The notes under the pieces were generated by a model that worked only from the letters and a program-made list of their open reading frames with translations, was not told where the DNA came from and did no database searches. A stretch of DNA of 64,000 nt from an uncultured Planctomycetaceae bacterium (GTDB lineage Bacteria; Planctomycetota; Planctomycetia; Pirellulales; PALSA-1355): assembly GCA_963785305.1 (NCBI GenBank), contig CAWAUV010000004.1, positions 512,001 through 576,000 of the forward strand. The letters are read 5' to 3'. Positions 1-11,053 of this stretch are shown one piece after another (position 1 is the stretch's first letter; each line of letters begins with the position of its first letter). A program made the translations under genes and the position numbers.

Positions 1-2
1 AA

Positions 3-158
3 GAAGTGTTCAACAGCGATTCGACGTACTACGCCGGCAGTAACATGGGCAACGGCGCGGGCCGCATGGCCGAGGAAATTCCCTGGCACGGCCGCCCCTA
101 CTCGATCGAGCTCACGCTCCCGCCCCTGGCCGGCGTGATGCTCAAGCCGCGTCTGTAG
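3..158 (+). CDS. glgB: 1,4-alpha-glucan branching enzyme, C-terminal end (partial, runs off window)
   Basis: Manual translation from base 3: [51 protein letters not shown], matching the GlgB C-terminal pattern (NSD..YGGSN.GN...WHGRPYS..LTLPPL). Confidence 0.85.
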   Translation, partial: EVFNSDSTYYAGSNMGNGAGRMAEEIPWHGRPYSIELTLPPLAGVMLKPRL

Positions 159-821
159 GGCTTTGGAACCAACCGCCTCGAGAGTCGCCCTGGTCGAGCC
201 GCATGGCGGAACTGGCGACTCCGGATCACAATAAACGTACGACGCCCGCCGAGGACTCGCGTCCTTGGTCGGGCGTCGTTGCGTTTTGTTTCACACTCGC
301 GACCGATCCCAGGCGATTCTTCCGAGCCGCGCCCCATTCCGGCGGTCGCAAGGTTTAAGAACGTGTGCGACAACCCCTCTCGCCGTTGGGGAAAAAGGGT
401 CGGGCAAGGGCTCGCGGAAGTTCCCGGATAGGCTCTAACACAAAAGGAAAATGCTCGGACGAACCGCCCCCGGGACATTCGGTTCTTCCGTTTCCATGAG
501 CATTGCTCGACGAGAATTCGCGTTTGGGCAGCAGGCCCTCGCTGACCCGTCGGGTTGTGATTCAGTGGCGTTTCCGTCATAACCCGACGCGTCAGCGAGG
601 GCTTCCGCGATCCGCCCAGTGCAATCCGTCTGGGCGGCGCTTGTATTTAAAAACGGAAGAGCCGGATATTCTCGTCCAAAAACGCTTCCAGCCTCGGCCC
701 CATGCTCCCGCCCCGCGGCCGCGCTCTCCTCGCATTGCCCGGTCGCGCTCTCGATCCTCGCCGCCAGCGCGTCGCGCAGCCGCATCGGGCAGCACGCGTC
801 AGGCAAACCGGTTCGCACCGT

Positions 822-1955
822 TTACGTGGCCTTGGTAGCGGCCAATGCGCCAACATCGCCCGAACTCCACGTAAATCTCGACTCGTGTCCGCTTTCGCAC
901 GCCGTGTCGTCGAGCACCGCTGACGCAATCGCGTGCATCTCGGGAAGCTGGGACATGAAGGCGTCGAGGAGTTCCGGGTCGAAATGAGTTCCCCGCCCGG
1001 CCCACATAATTCGCGAAATCTCCGGCTCGGTCATGGCCGGGCGATAGACGCGGTCATGGCTGATCGCGTCGTAGACATCGACGATCGCCACGATGCGCGC
1101 GGCCTGAGGCGTTTCGGCCCCGACCAAGCGAGAGGGGTAGCCGGTTCCGTCCCATCGTTCGTGGTGGCCGAGCGCAATTTGCTCGGCCATCCGCAGGACA
1201 GCCGAACTGGAGCCGGCGAGCATCGAGGCGCCGAGCGTGGTGTGCGTGTGCATCACCCGCATTTCGTCCGACGTGAGCTTCCCTGGCTTGCAAAGAATGC
1301 AATCCGGAATGCCGAGCTTGCCAATGTCGTGCATGGGCGCCGCGAGTCGAATGCGGTCGCATAGTTCGTTACTCCAGCCGATGGTCGACGCGAGGAGCTC
1401 GCTATACCAACCGGTGCGTTGGATATGTGCGCCTGTTTCCTCGTCGCGACATAGGGATGCTCGGACGAGGCGATAGATGGTCTCCTCATGAGCCGCGCGG
1501 ATGATCCTCGTTTGCTCCCCGACCGTCTCTTCCAATCGCCGGGTATAGCTTCGGTTTTCGATCACCAATCGGCGTTTTTCGAGAGCTTTCTCGACCTGGA
1601 TCAGTAGCTCCGCCCTCGCGAACGGCTTAAGCAAATAGCCATAGGCTCCTTGAGTCAACGCCTGGATGGCCATGCTCGTTTCGCCCGAGCCGGTCAACAT
1701 CAAAATCGCCACGTCAGGGAAGCCATGCCGGATACGATTCAATAGTTCGAGCCCCGTGGCGCCCGGCATTCTTATGTCCAGCGTCATCAAATCGACATCG
1801 GACTGTTGCAGTCGTTGCCAAGCAGCGGCTGAATCGCCGACGTCGTCGCAATGGTAGCCGGCGCCGGAGAGAGTGCTGGATACCAATTTACGGACCGACG
1901 AGTCGTCGTCGACAATCAGCAGCCGGCTCGAAAATTTATTGCTGTCCGCTCGCAT
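822..1955 (-). CDS. Response regulator with HD-GYP cyclic di-GMP phosphodiesterase domain (RpfG-like)
   Basis: N-terminal REC (LLIVDDD, LDIRMPG, KPF), then RDEETGAH, HDIGK, HHERWDGTGYP and DVYDA motifs. Confidence 0.92.
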   Translation of the reverse strand: MRADSNKFSSRLLIVDDDSSVRKLVSSTLSGAGYHCDDVGDSAAAWQRLQQSDVDLMTLDIRMPGATGLELLNRIRHGFPDVAILMLTGSGETSMAIQALTQGAYGYLLKPFARAELLIQVEKALEKRRLVIENRSYTRRLEETVGEQTRIIRAAHEETIYRLVRASLCRDEETGAHIQRTGWYSELLASTIGWSNELCDRIRLAAPMHDIGKLGIPDCILCKPGKLTSDEMRVMHTHTTLGASMLAGSSSAVLRMAEQIALGHHERWDGTGYPSRLVGAETPQAARIVAIVDVYDAISHDRVYRPAMTEPEISRIMWAGRGTHFDPELLDAFMSQLPEMHAIASAVLDDTACESGHESRFTWSSGDVGALAATKAT

Positions 1956-2029
1956 GGGCGCCTCCTTTCGAGCAACGTTTGTCGAATACTATCTCCATCG
2001 CGCCCCGCAACACTTCGGGACCGCGAAAG

Positions 2030-3817
2030 CTATGCGATTTCTCGCGGGCTGGTCGCGCCGGGGTATTCCGCCAAATCCGGCATGGGAGCGCGCGCCGCCT
2101 TGCTTGTCGGATCGATGACGACCGCGGCTTCCCGGCAATTTGCTTTCAGATTTCCGTAGCTTTCGGGCAAGATGATCACTCGCCCATAAGCGCCGTAGAA
2201 CTCGGGTCGCTCCGCGTCGGCAACGAGCAGGATATTCTTGGCGCCTGGCTTAGCGCGCGCCGCCAGCCGGTGCGGCGCGATGCCGACGCAGTTGACCAGC
2301 ACCTTTTCCGGCATGTCGCCCAACTCGTTTTCGGCGCAGACCACGGGCTCAATGCCCATGGAGAACAGCAATCGTGGTATCGTGTCGAACGGGTCGTTGG
2401 CGAGGTCGCAATAGGCAAGCTCGCGATTGCAGGCCGGCCCGCTTGTCGGCTTGCCTGCCGGCTCCGCCGCGGAAAGCCGATCGGTGCGTAGCTTGGCGAG
2501 GACTTCGACATTGGCCTTGATCCGTTCGACGACCTGCGAAATCGACCGAATGTCCAATTTGTCGAGCAATCGGGAAGGAGGAATATCGATCGAGTCCCAC
2601 GATTCCCATGATCCGATGGCAAGCTCACCGGCGAATATCGCCAGCTTCAACAGCTCCGCTCTCGTCCGCCGCGGCTCCGGAACTTTGGCGATCGACGCAT
2701 ATTCGGCCAGCAAAAACTTCAGCGGCAGATGCACATTGGGAGGAACATTCCAGGTCGCTAGAAGTTGAGCGACAACCTCCGTGTGGCTCATCGGAAACAC
2801 GTGCCGCTCCTGGTCATTTAGCGACTCGCCGCGAGTCTTGCATTGCTCGATCATCATCTCGTATTGCTTGGGAAAGAGAGAGCCGAGAACAACTCTCCCA
2901 AGCGGGTGCATGATGGCGCTGAGCAGCAATCCTTCTTCGATTTTGTCGTGACGTCCTCGTTCGATCAGCATCTCGATCGCCACGCCCGCCGCCAGGCTCC
3001 GTCGCCAAGCCAGTCCGACATCCATCCAAGGCAGCAGGCCCGAAGTCAACGCGGTGAGCGCGTTCGTCGCCAGGGCCAGCTCCCCGATTCTCTTTTGACC
3101 GATCTGCAAGACGGCGCGTTCCAGTTCCGTGACGAGTTGAGTCGACGGATTGTAGAAAGCGCTGTTCGCCAGACGCATGATCTCGGCGGCCAACGTGGCG
3201 TCGCGTTGAATCGTCGCCGCGATCTTTCCGGTATCCACTTGCTCGGCGCTCGCCATGTTGTAGACATCCATCGCGGCCTTCGAAATGGGCAGTATCCGCG
3301 ACAGGCCCGACAATTTGTTCTCCAGGACCGATAGGGTCACGTAAGCATCGCCTCGCGAGTCCTCGACTATCGACTTCCGCTCTTCGTCGGCTGGGCTTTC
3401 GTGGGAACGCGCCGGGCCTTGATTCGACGCCGGGGAGGATTGCCGCCGTTCCACCAGCGCGATCGCCTTGGCGGCCAGGAGATTGAAGTCGATCGGCTTG
3501 AACAGAATATCGTCCACGCCTCGGTTCAGCAGGTCCCTCGCGAGCCGTGGCTCGATCACGCCGGTATGAACGATGATCACGGGCCGTTCATCCAGAGCCA
3601 GTAGTTGCGTCGCGAGGGCATGGCCATGTTTATTCGGCATTTTAAGATCGGTGATCACCAGATCATATTGGGCGCCGGCCAAACGCTCTTCCGCTTCGAG
3701 TCCATCGGCGGCCGAATCGCACTGAAATCCTCGTTGCCGCAAGGAGAGCACAAGAAGTTTCTGTACGGCCAATTCATCGTCCACCACAAGCGCCCGGTGC
3801 GTGCTTCGTCGAGTCAT
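2030..3817 (-). CDS. REC + HDOD domain signalling protein
   Basis: Probable start MTRRSTHRALVVDDE at 3817; REC (ITDLKMP, KP), then HDOD motif IQRDATLAAEIMRLANSAFY...AVLQIG; HD replaced by HP (MHPLGR). Confidence 0.8.
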   Translation of the reverse strand: MTRRSTHRALVVDDELAVQKLLVLSLRQRGFQCDSAADGLEAEERLAGAQYDLVITDLKMPNKHGHALATQLLALDERPVIIVHTGVIEPRLARDLLNRGVDDILFKPIDFNLLAAKAIALVERRQSSPASNQGPARSHESPADEERKSIVEDSRGDAYVTLSVLENKLSGLSRILPISKAAMDVYNMASAEQVDTGKIAATIQRDATLAAEIMRLANSAFYNPSTQLVTELERAVLQIGQKRIGELALATNALTALTSGLLPWMDVGLAWRRSLAAGVAIEMLIERGRHDKIEEGLLLSAIMHPLGRVVLGSLFPKQYEMMIEQCKTRGESLNDQERHVFPMSHTEVVAQLLATWNVPPNVHLPLKFLLAEYASIAKVPEPRRTRAELLKLAIFAGELAIGSWESWDSIDIPPSRLLDKLDIRSISQVVERIKANVEVLAKLRTDRLSAAEPAGKPTSGPACNRELAYCDLANDPFDTIPRLLFSMGIEPVVCAENELGDMPEKVLVNCVGIAPHRLAARAKPGAKNILLVADAERPEFYGAYGRVIILPESYGNLKANCREAAVVIDPTSKAARAPMPDLAEYPGATSPREIA

Positions 3818-4251
3818 GCGATTCCGTCCTGGTTCCCGAGGAGTTCTTCGTGAGAAACCGTTCGCCGCCGACGAAGTATAGCCCGCTAATTCGGGTGGTT
3901 GCTTGCACGTTGGGGGCATGCAACCAAGCGGCCAAACGGCGCGATTCACAAATGTTGAAACCCGTGACGGCGCAATCGCCCAAAGGCGGAAGCCAGTGGC
4001 CTGGAAATCATCGACGTGGTCTTTCTCGGGCAATAGCGGCGACCGGGAAATTCCCATGCGTGCAATGGCTTTTCAGGGGAGCATGCCCGTAGCTCGCGAG
4101 GCCCTAGCTAATTACCCTCGGAAGTGCTACAAGCGAGTGTGGTTAGTGTTATCGGTTGGTTGCGGATTTTCGCATGACGCGGCGGCAAGGTAGGAAAATC
4201 CTCCTATCTTGCCGGGCGCCCAAAAAGGGAACTCCCTGGAAAATGTGATGT

Positions 4252-5446
4252 TTGGTTACTTCAACAGGTAGGGACATGGTGCTGGCCTTTGCCAGAAGTA
4301 TCGCCGAGACGACGCGTCATCCGTTGCTCGTGCTCGATACTCGGCAAGTTGTTGTCGCGGCAAATACCGCCTATTACTTCGCCTTCGACGCCAAACCGGC
4401 CGATACGCTCGGGCGCTGTTTGTTTGAATTGGCCGGCGGAATCTGGGATACGGTCAAGCTGCGAACGTTGCTGCACGAGATCGTGCCTAACGACGGCAAA
4501 TTCGACGGATTGGAGCTTGAGCAAGAATTTCCAAAACTTGGTCGGCGGATCATGGTGCTGCAGCGCCCGCCGCGTAAAACGCGATGACGACGGGGAACCG
4601 ATGGTCTTGCTGGCCATCGAAGACGACACCGAGCGGCGGCGAGCTCGGCAAGCTTTGCAGCAGTTAAATGCCGATCTGGAAATAATTGTCGCCGAGCGGA
4701 CCGCCGAATTGGAGACGGCCAACCGAGAACTGCGCCATTCGGTCCGGGAACTGGCCGCCGTCAATCATGAGCTGGAGGCATTTTGCTATTCGGTCAGCCA
4801 TGATCTTCGCACTCCCCTTCGGGCCGTCGATGGCTTTAGCCTGGAACTGCTCCAGTCGCACTCCAACCAATTAAATGAGCAGGGACAGCACTATCTCCAG
4901 CGGATTCGCTCGGGAACGCAGCGAATGGGCCAGCTCATCGACGATCTACTCACGCTTTCTCGAGTGACCTGCGCCGAACTGAAGCGGGAGAACGTTGACC
5001 TGTCCGCTCTGGCGGAGACCGTGGCCGCCGAATTGCGACAACTCGAACCGATGCGAAACGTGATTTTCCAGTGCCAACCGGCGCTGATTGCGAACTGCGA
5101 TGCCCGGCTGGCGCGAATCGTCCTGGAAAATCTGCTCGGCAATGCGTGGAAATTTACGGCGAAGAAGTCGCGGGCATTGATCGAATTCGGCGCAAGCGAG
5201 ATCAATGGCGGCCGGGCGTTCGTGGTGCGCGACAATGGGGCCGGCTTTGACCCCGCCTTCAAGAGCAAGCTGTTTGGGGCATTTCAGCGGCTGCATTCGG
5301 AGCGCGAGTTTCCGGGCACGGGCATCGGACTGGCGACCGTGCAGCGGATCGTGCGGAGGCACGGCGGAGAACCCTGGGCCGAGGGCGCCGTGGGCCAAGG
5401 CGCTGCTTTGTACTTCACGCTTCCAGAAAAGAGCCCCGTTGCTTGA
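4252..5446 (+). CDS. PAS-domain sensor histidine kinase with Cph1/phytochrome-type kinase core; frameshift near 4560
   Basis: ORF 4252-4587 encodes a PAS domain (PLLVLD...ANTAYY...FPKLGRRIMVL) that continues in the frame of ORF 4289-5446 (ARRV...LLAIED, SVSHDLRTPL, NLLGNAWKF, DNGAGF, GTGIGLA). Confidence 0.85.
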
Positions 5447-5785
5447 CGTAAAATCGTATCCTTTTGGCACAACACGACAAACACGACGGGGATATGTTCT
5501 TACTGATTGCCGACTATGTGAACATATGCGCCAAGGCATTTGTCGCCCGCGCGGGAGTCTAGGCCGGTCGAAGTGTCTCGGACCCGATTTGCAATTGTCG
5601 ACTTTTGACGGCTGGGAGGTGTGCTCCACCAACCGCGAGTCGACGGGTTCGTCCGCGAACCGGTTGACTTCGATCATACCGTCGATTGTCGCGCGAGCCG
5701 GCTCTGGATTGGAAACAGCGCCTTTGTCTTTTCGGCACAAGGCGCCGATGATTCGCCTAAACGATCCCGAAAGGAAGGGCGCGGC

Positions 5786-6229
5786 ATGAGCGCGAAGATT
5801 ATCCTCTTGGTGGAAGACAATCAGGACGACGAGGAATTGGCCATGCTTGCCCTCAAGAAGGGCAACGTCGCCAACGAAGTCGTGGTCGCTCGCGACGGCG
5901 CCGAAGCGCTCGACTACCTGTTTGCCACCGGCGATTATGTGGGACGCGCGGTTTCCGACCTGCCGCAATTGGTGCTGCTTGATCTGAAGCTGCCGAAGAT
6001 CGACGGCCTCGAGGTGCTCCGCCGGTTGCGAGCGGATCCGCGCACCCGTCGGCTGCCGATCGTGATTCTGACCTCCTCGAAGGAGGAAGAAGATATTCTG
6101 CGGGGATACGACTTCGGCGCGAACAGCTACGTCCGCAAGCCCGTCGATTTCAATCATTTCGTCGAGGCTGTCCATCAACTGCAACTGTATTGGCTGGTGT
6201 TGAATGAGTCGCCGTTCGCTCCAGGTTGA
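5786..6229 (+). CDS. Single-domain response regulator, Rcp1-like
   Basis: ATG 5786 after AAGGAAGG; ILLVEDN, LLDLKLPKIDG, LTSS, GANSYVRKPVDF and C-terminal YWLVLN, typical of Rcp1/bacteriophytochrome response regulators. Confidence 0.9.
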   Translation: MSAKIILLVEDNQDDEELAMLALKKGNVANEVVVARDGAEALDYLFATGDYVGRAVSDLPQLVLLDLKLPKIDGLEVLRRLRADPRTRRLPIVILTSSKEEEDILRGYDFGANSYVRKPVDFNHFVEAVHQLQLYWLVLNESPFAPG

Positions 6230-6235
6230 TTTACC

Positions 6236-9200
6236 ATGCCAAATCACCTCCGTGTTCTCATCGTCGAAGACAACGAAGACGACGCCGAATTCCTGATCAT
6301 CGCCCTGCGAAACAACGGTTACGAGGTTTCCAGCCAGCGAGTGGAAACCGAGGTCGAATTACGGGCGGCGCTGGAACGTCGGGAGTGGGATCTCATTCTC
6401 TCGGATTATTCGCTGCCGCACTTCAGCGCGCCGGCGGCGTTGTCGCTCGTGAAGCAGAGATGTCTTGACATTCCCTTTATCGTGGTGACAGGCACGATGG
6501 GCGAGGACGTGGCCGTGGCCACGATGCGATCGGGCGTCAGCGACTACCTGACCAAGGACAACCTAGCGCGTCTCGGGCCGGCCATCGAAAGAGAATTGCG
6601 CGATACCCAAAGTCGCCGATCGCTTCGCGACGCCGAACAGTCCGTCCGGCACTTGGCGGCCGTCGTCCAAGCCTCCGGCGACGCAATAGTCTCCACGACG
6701 CCCGATGAAGTCATCTCGAGTTGGAACCCGGCCGCGGAACGACTCTTCGGCTGGACCGCGGCGGAAGCGATTGGTCGCTCGATGTCGTTCATCGTGCCGC
6801 CGGAACTCCGCCGGGAATTAGCCGGAATCGTCGCGCGGCTCAACGTGGACGAACATGTCGATCAGTTCGAAACACTTCGTCTCCATAAGGACGGACATCG
6901 TATCGATGTGTCGGTCACGCTTTCGCTAATCCGAGACCGAGATGGCCGGATGATTGGAATTTCGAGAGTCACGCGAGACATTACCGAGCGCAAACGAACG
7001 GAGGCGTCGCTCCGCGCCAGCGAGGAGCGGTTCCGGGCCGTGGTGGATTCCGACATGGTCGGGATCGCGTTCTGGAACAAGACCGGTGATTTTATCGACG
7101 GCAACGCGTCGCTCCTGCGAATCATCGGGCGTGGTCGCGAGGAGATGCGGGCCGGAAAAGTGCGGTGGAGAGATATTACTCCCCTCGAATACCATGCGCT
7201 CGACAATCAGGCCTTGGAGCAAATCGAGCGCACGGGACGTTGCGCCCCTACGACAAAGAGTTTGTTCGGAAGGACGGAACCCGGGTGCCGGTGCTGCTGG
7301 GCGCCGCCTGGCTTTCCGAGCAAAACGTGGGAGTGGCTTACTTCCTCGACATCACGGACCGCAAGCGGCAAGAGGAGGCCATACGGCGGCAGACCCGAAT
7401 TCTCCGCTCGATTCTGGACAGTATCGGCGATGGTGTCGTCGTGGCTGATGAAGATGGTAATTTCGTGTTGTTCAATCCGGCCGCCGAGCAAATCCTGCGG
7501 CTCGGCATGACCGACACGCGGCCCGAAAACTGGTCCGAGCGGTACAGCATCTATCAACAGGACGGCGAAACTCTATTTCCGGTCGGGAAGTTGCCGCTCG
7601 TCCGGGCGGCGCTGCACGGCGAAAAAATCGACCAAGTCGAGATGTACATCAATCACGACCGGATTCCCGAGGGACTCTGGATCAGTGTGACCGGCCGGCC
7701 GATGTACGATGAAAAACAAAACTTGAAAGGCGGCGTCGCGGTTTTCCGCGACATTACCGGCCACAAGCAGGTCGAGCAGCGTCTGGCTCAGGACGCCCTA
7801 ATGCTTGCGAATGTGCGCGACGCCATTATTTTCACCGACACGGAAGGAATCGTTACCTACTGGAACGAAGGGGCGACCCGGTTATTCGGCTTGAATCCCG
7901 CGGAGATTCTCGGGCGACCCTACTCCGACCGCTATTCCGAGCCCGAACGATCAGCCGTGATCGAGATGATGCGAACAATTACCGCCCAGGGGGAATGGTC
8001 GGGTGAGTGGCAAGACCGCCGCAAGGACGGCGCGGAGATTTGGATCGAGCTTCGCGCGACATGCATCCGCGACTTGCAGGGCCGGTTTTCAGGGATAATG
8101 GGTGTCTCTCACGACATCACCGCCCGGAAGAAAGCGGAGATCGAACGGGATCGCGCATTGCGGCGGCTCCAAGTTCAGATTGATCGGATGCCGCTGGGTT
8201 ACTTGCTGTTGGACGACGAATTTAGCCCACTCGATTGGAACTCGACCGCGGAGCGTATCTTTGGCTTCAGCACGGTGGAGGTTCTGCGGATGCGACCGCC
8301 TTTTCTGGAAATCGTGCCGCCCGAAGCATGGCCCAAGGTGCGGGAATTATTCACCCGCATTCGGGCCGGCGACATGTCGGCGAACGCCACGGTCGAGAAC
8401 CTGACCAAGGACGGCCGCACGATCACCTGCGAGTGGCACAACACGCCACTTTACGATGACAACGGCGATTTTCAGGGCGCGCTCGCTCTTTTTCAGGACA
8501 TCACCCTTCGGAAGGAATCCGAGGAAGCGCTGCGCATGCGAGATCGGGCAATTCAAGCCGTCGGGCAGGGGATTTTAATCTCCGACGCCCGGCTGCCCGA
8601 CCATCCGACGATTTACGTCAGCCAAGGATTCGAGCAGTTGACGGGGTATACCCAGCCCGAAGCGATCGGAAAAAACTGTCGATTCTTGCAGGGCAAGGAC
8701 ACCGACCCATGCGCAATCGCCCGGATTCGCGACGCGTTGCGCGACCGGCGGCCATGCACGGTCGAGCTGCTTAACTATCGCAAGAACGGCACGCCGTTTT
8801 GGAATGAACTATCGATCTCGCCCGTAACCAACGGTGATGGGCAATTGACTCATTTCGTGGGTGTGCAAACGGACGTGACCGAGCGGCGAACGCTGGAAGA
8901 ACAATTCCGCCAGTCCCAGAAAATGGAAGCGGTGGGTCAACTGGCGGGGGGCGTCGCCCATGACTTCAACAATATGCTGGCGGTCATCTTGGGATACTGC
9001 GAGAATCTGTCCGAGTCCACGAATTTCGACGACCGCGAGCGCGACGCTCTCGATGAAATACGCGACGCGGCACGGCGCGCCGCGGCGCTGACACGCAAGC
9101 TGCTGGCGTTTAGCCGCAAGGAAGTGTTGGAACCGATGGTTCTGAACCTGAACAATATTGTCATGGAAATGGATAAGATGTTGCGGCGGTTGATTGGAGA

Positions 9201-10059
9201 AGACGTCGAATTGCGGGCGGACATGTCGTCGACCCTTTGGCGGGTAAAGGTCGATCCGGGGCAAATGGAACAGGTTGTCATGAACCTGTCCGTCAACGCC
9301 CGCGACGCGATGCCGGACGGCGGCACGCTGACGCTTGAGACGAGGAATGTCGAATTGCCGGAAGGCGACGCCCAGGCGCCGCCGGACCTCAAACCGGGAA
9401 GATATGTGCGGCTCTCGGCAAGCGATACCGGACACGGCATGGATGCCCGCGTGAAATCGCGCGTCTTCGAACCGTTCTTCACGACAAAAGAACCCGGCAA
9501 GGGAACCGGTTTGGGACTTGCCTCCGTCTATGGGATCATTAAGCAAAGCGACGGACGTATCGCCGTCGTGAGCGAACCTGGACAGGGCGCGAAATTCACG
9601 ATTTATCTGCCCAGCTCCGGCGAGGACGAAATCGAGAACGTCGAAGAGCAACCGCCCCCAGTCACTACTCGCGGCGGCGAAACCTTGTTGCTGGTCGAAG
9701 ACGAAGACAACGTGCGCAAAATGCTCGGCCTGATGCTACGGGCCAAGGGCTACCGCGTGATCGAAGCAGAAAACGGCGCCGAGGCGATCGACCTGTTCGA
9801 GCAAGCCGAGCACGCGATTCAACTGGTGGTCACGGATGTGGTGATGCCCCGGATAAGCGGTCGGAAGCTCGTCGAAAATCTGCGAACCGTTCAGCCCGAT
9901 ATCCATGTGCTCTATATGTCCGGGTATACCGACGACGCGATCGTTCGCCAAGGGATTCTGGAGCCGAACTTTCACTTTTTGCAAAAACCATTTTTGCCGG
10001 CGCAGTTAGCGGCCAAAGTGCGCGAGGTGCTGGATTCGCGCAACGGATCCGACCACTAA
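6236..10059 (+). CDS. Hybrid sensor kinase REC-(PAS)x5-LOV-HisKA-HATPase-REC; frameshift near 7240
   Basis: ORF 6236-7510 (REC + PAS) joins ORF 7165-10059 (LRPYDKEFVRKDG..., further PAS domains, GKNCRFLQG, GGVAHDFNN, FFTTKEPGKGTGLGL, C-terminal REC). Confidence 0.88.
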
Positions 10060-10250
10060 CAAAATGCCTTGGGTGGGTGGCGTGTCGGGAGATTCGTGTG
10101 CTCACGCAGCCAAGCCCGGCGATGCTCGAAGTCTTGCCCGGAGCGCGGATCGTGGCCACGGAGCATGGCCCGGCCCGCGCAACGGGCGATACAATGATAA
10201 ACGCCGACTTCCCTGCCGGCGACGATCTGCCGCCGAGCATATGCAGGCAT
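10056..10250 (-). pseudogene. Truncated REP-associated tyrosine transposase (RAYT / IS200-IS605 superfamily), N-terminal fragment
   Basis: MPAYARRQIVAGREVGVYHCIARCAGRAMLRGHDPRSGQDFEHRRAWLRE resembles the YHC..RCVRRA.LCG.D..SG...EHRR.W start of this family; it stops after about 64 aa, before the HUH motif. Confidence 0.7.
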
Positions 10251-10486
10251 GCGCGGGCCCTCCGCCGACAGGATGGCGAGCGACGCCAGCAAGTATCCTC
10301 GCGACCACATTCCCGTTAAGAGCAGCTCAAAAAAAATTGCGGCGAACCAACCAGGGACCCCTCCTCGCAATTGTCTGGAAATTGCCCCAGGAAATTGCGT
10401 GCTGCTTAAATCCGTGCGTTTCAGGAAGTTTGCTATCCGCTTCCCCAGTCTGAATCCCTGTCTTTCAATTCCGCGACCAACCCTAA

Positions 10487-10673
10487 GTTCGACTTTCGCG
10501 GTTTTCAAAAGTTCCGATAGCCCGATTCGTCGTGGTTTCTCCGATTTCGGCGCGTTTCCGGCAACCTTCGGCCTCTCGGTAACATGCAAAAATTGGCAGT
10601 TCGGCCGTCAAACTGTGCAAAACCCACGAGAAATCGGCGATTCGAGTGCTAGCAAAAAACGCGAAACTTGAAC
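10487..10673. mobile_element. 187-bp MITE, copy 1
   Basis: Ends GTTCGACTTTCGCG...CGCGAAACTTGAAC (imperfect TIR); TAA direct repeats at 10484-10486 and 10674-10676; reverse complement of 12491-12677. Confidence 0.9.
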
Positions 10674-10845
10674 TAAGCCGAAGTAGCCGACGGCATGAGG
10701 CGGACGAAATCCGTGACTGACCGCGTACAGCCCGATGAAATAAGCCCTCGTGGCTTATTTCAACCTCGCCAAGCACGCGGCAAAGCTGCGTGCGGCTCGA
10801 GAAATAACGACCTACGTCGCTATTTTGCGATCGCATCCATGCGAT

Positions 10846-11013
10846 CTAGTGCTTTGTCACGGCTGAAATGACGGGTAACCCCGTGTGCCATGCCCACGCC
10901 CAGCGCGGGCATGTTTTCAAGCGCCACGCGGAGTCCTCATGCCCACGCAATGCCGTGGGCATGGCGCCACCGAACCAATCCAACCCGTCATTTCAATTGT
11001 GACAAGGCACTAG
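10846..11013. mobile_element. 168-bp CTAG-ended inverted-repeat element (MITE/REPIN-like) containing a REP doublet
   Basis: Left CTAGTGCTTTGTCACGGCTGAAATGACGGGT versus reverse complement of right CTAGTGCCTTGTCACAATTGAAATGACGGGT (27/31). Internal palindromes CATGCCCACGC-CCA-GCGCGGGCATG (10889-10913) and CATGCCCACG-CAATGC-CGTGGGCATG (10938-10963). Confidence 0.8.
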
Positions 11014-11053
11014 CGGCCCGCTGAATAAATCGACGGGCTGCTAAGTCTGCTCG

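Noticed and set aside
435..818. 127-aa minus-strand ORF directly after the HD-GYP gene
   Set aside because: Position is plausible but there are no recognisable motifs; it cannot be told from a GC-rich chance ORF.
800..850. GGCAAACCGGTTCGCACCG resembles the start of a c-di-GMP-I riboswitch beside an HD-GYP gene
   Set aside because: No GNRA loop or GACGCAAAGC segment, and it lies antisense at the gene's 3' end, not in a leader.
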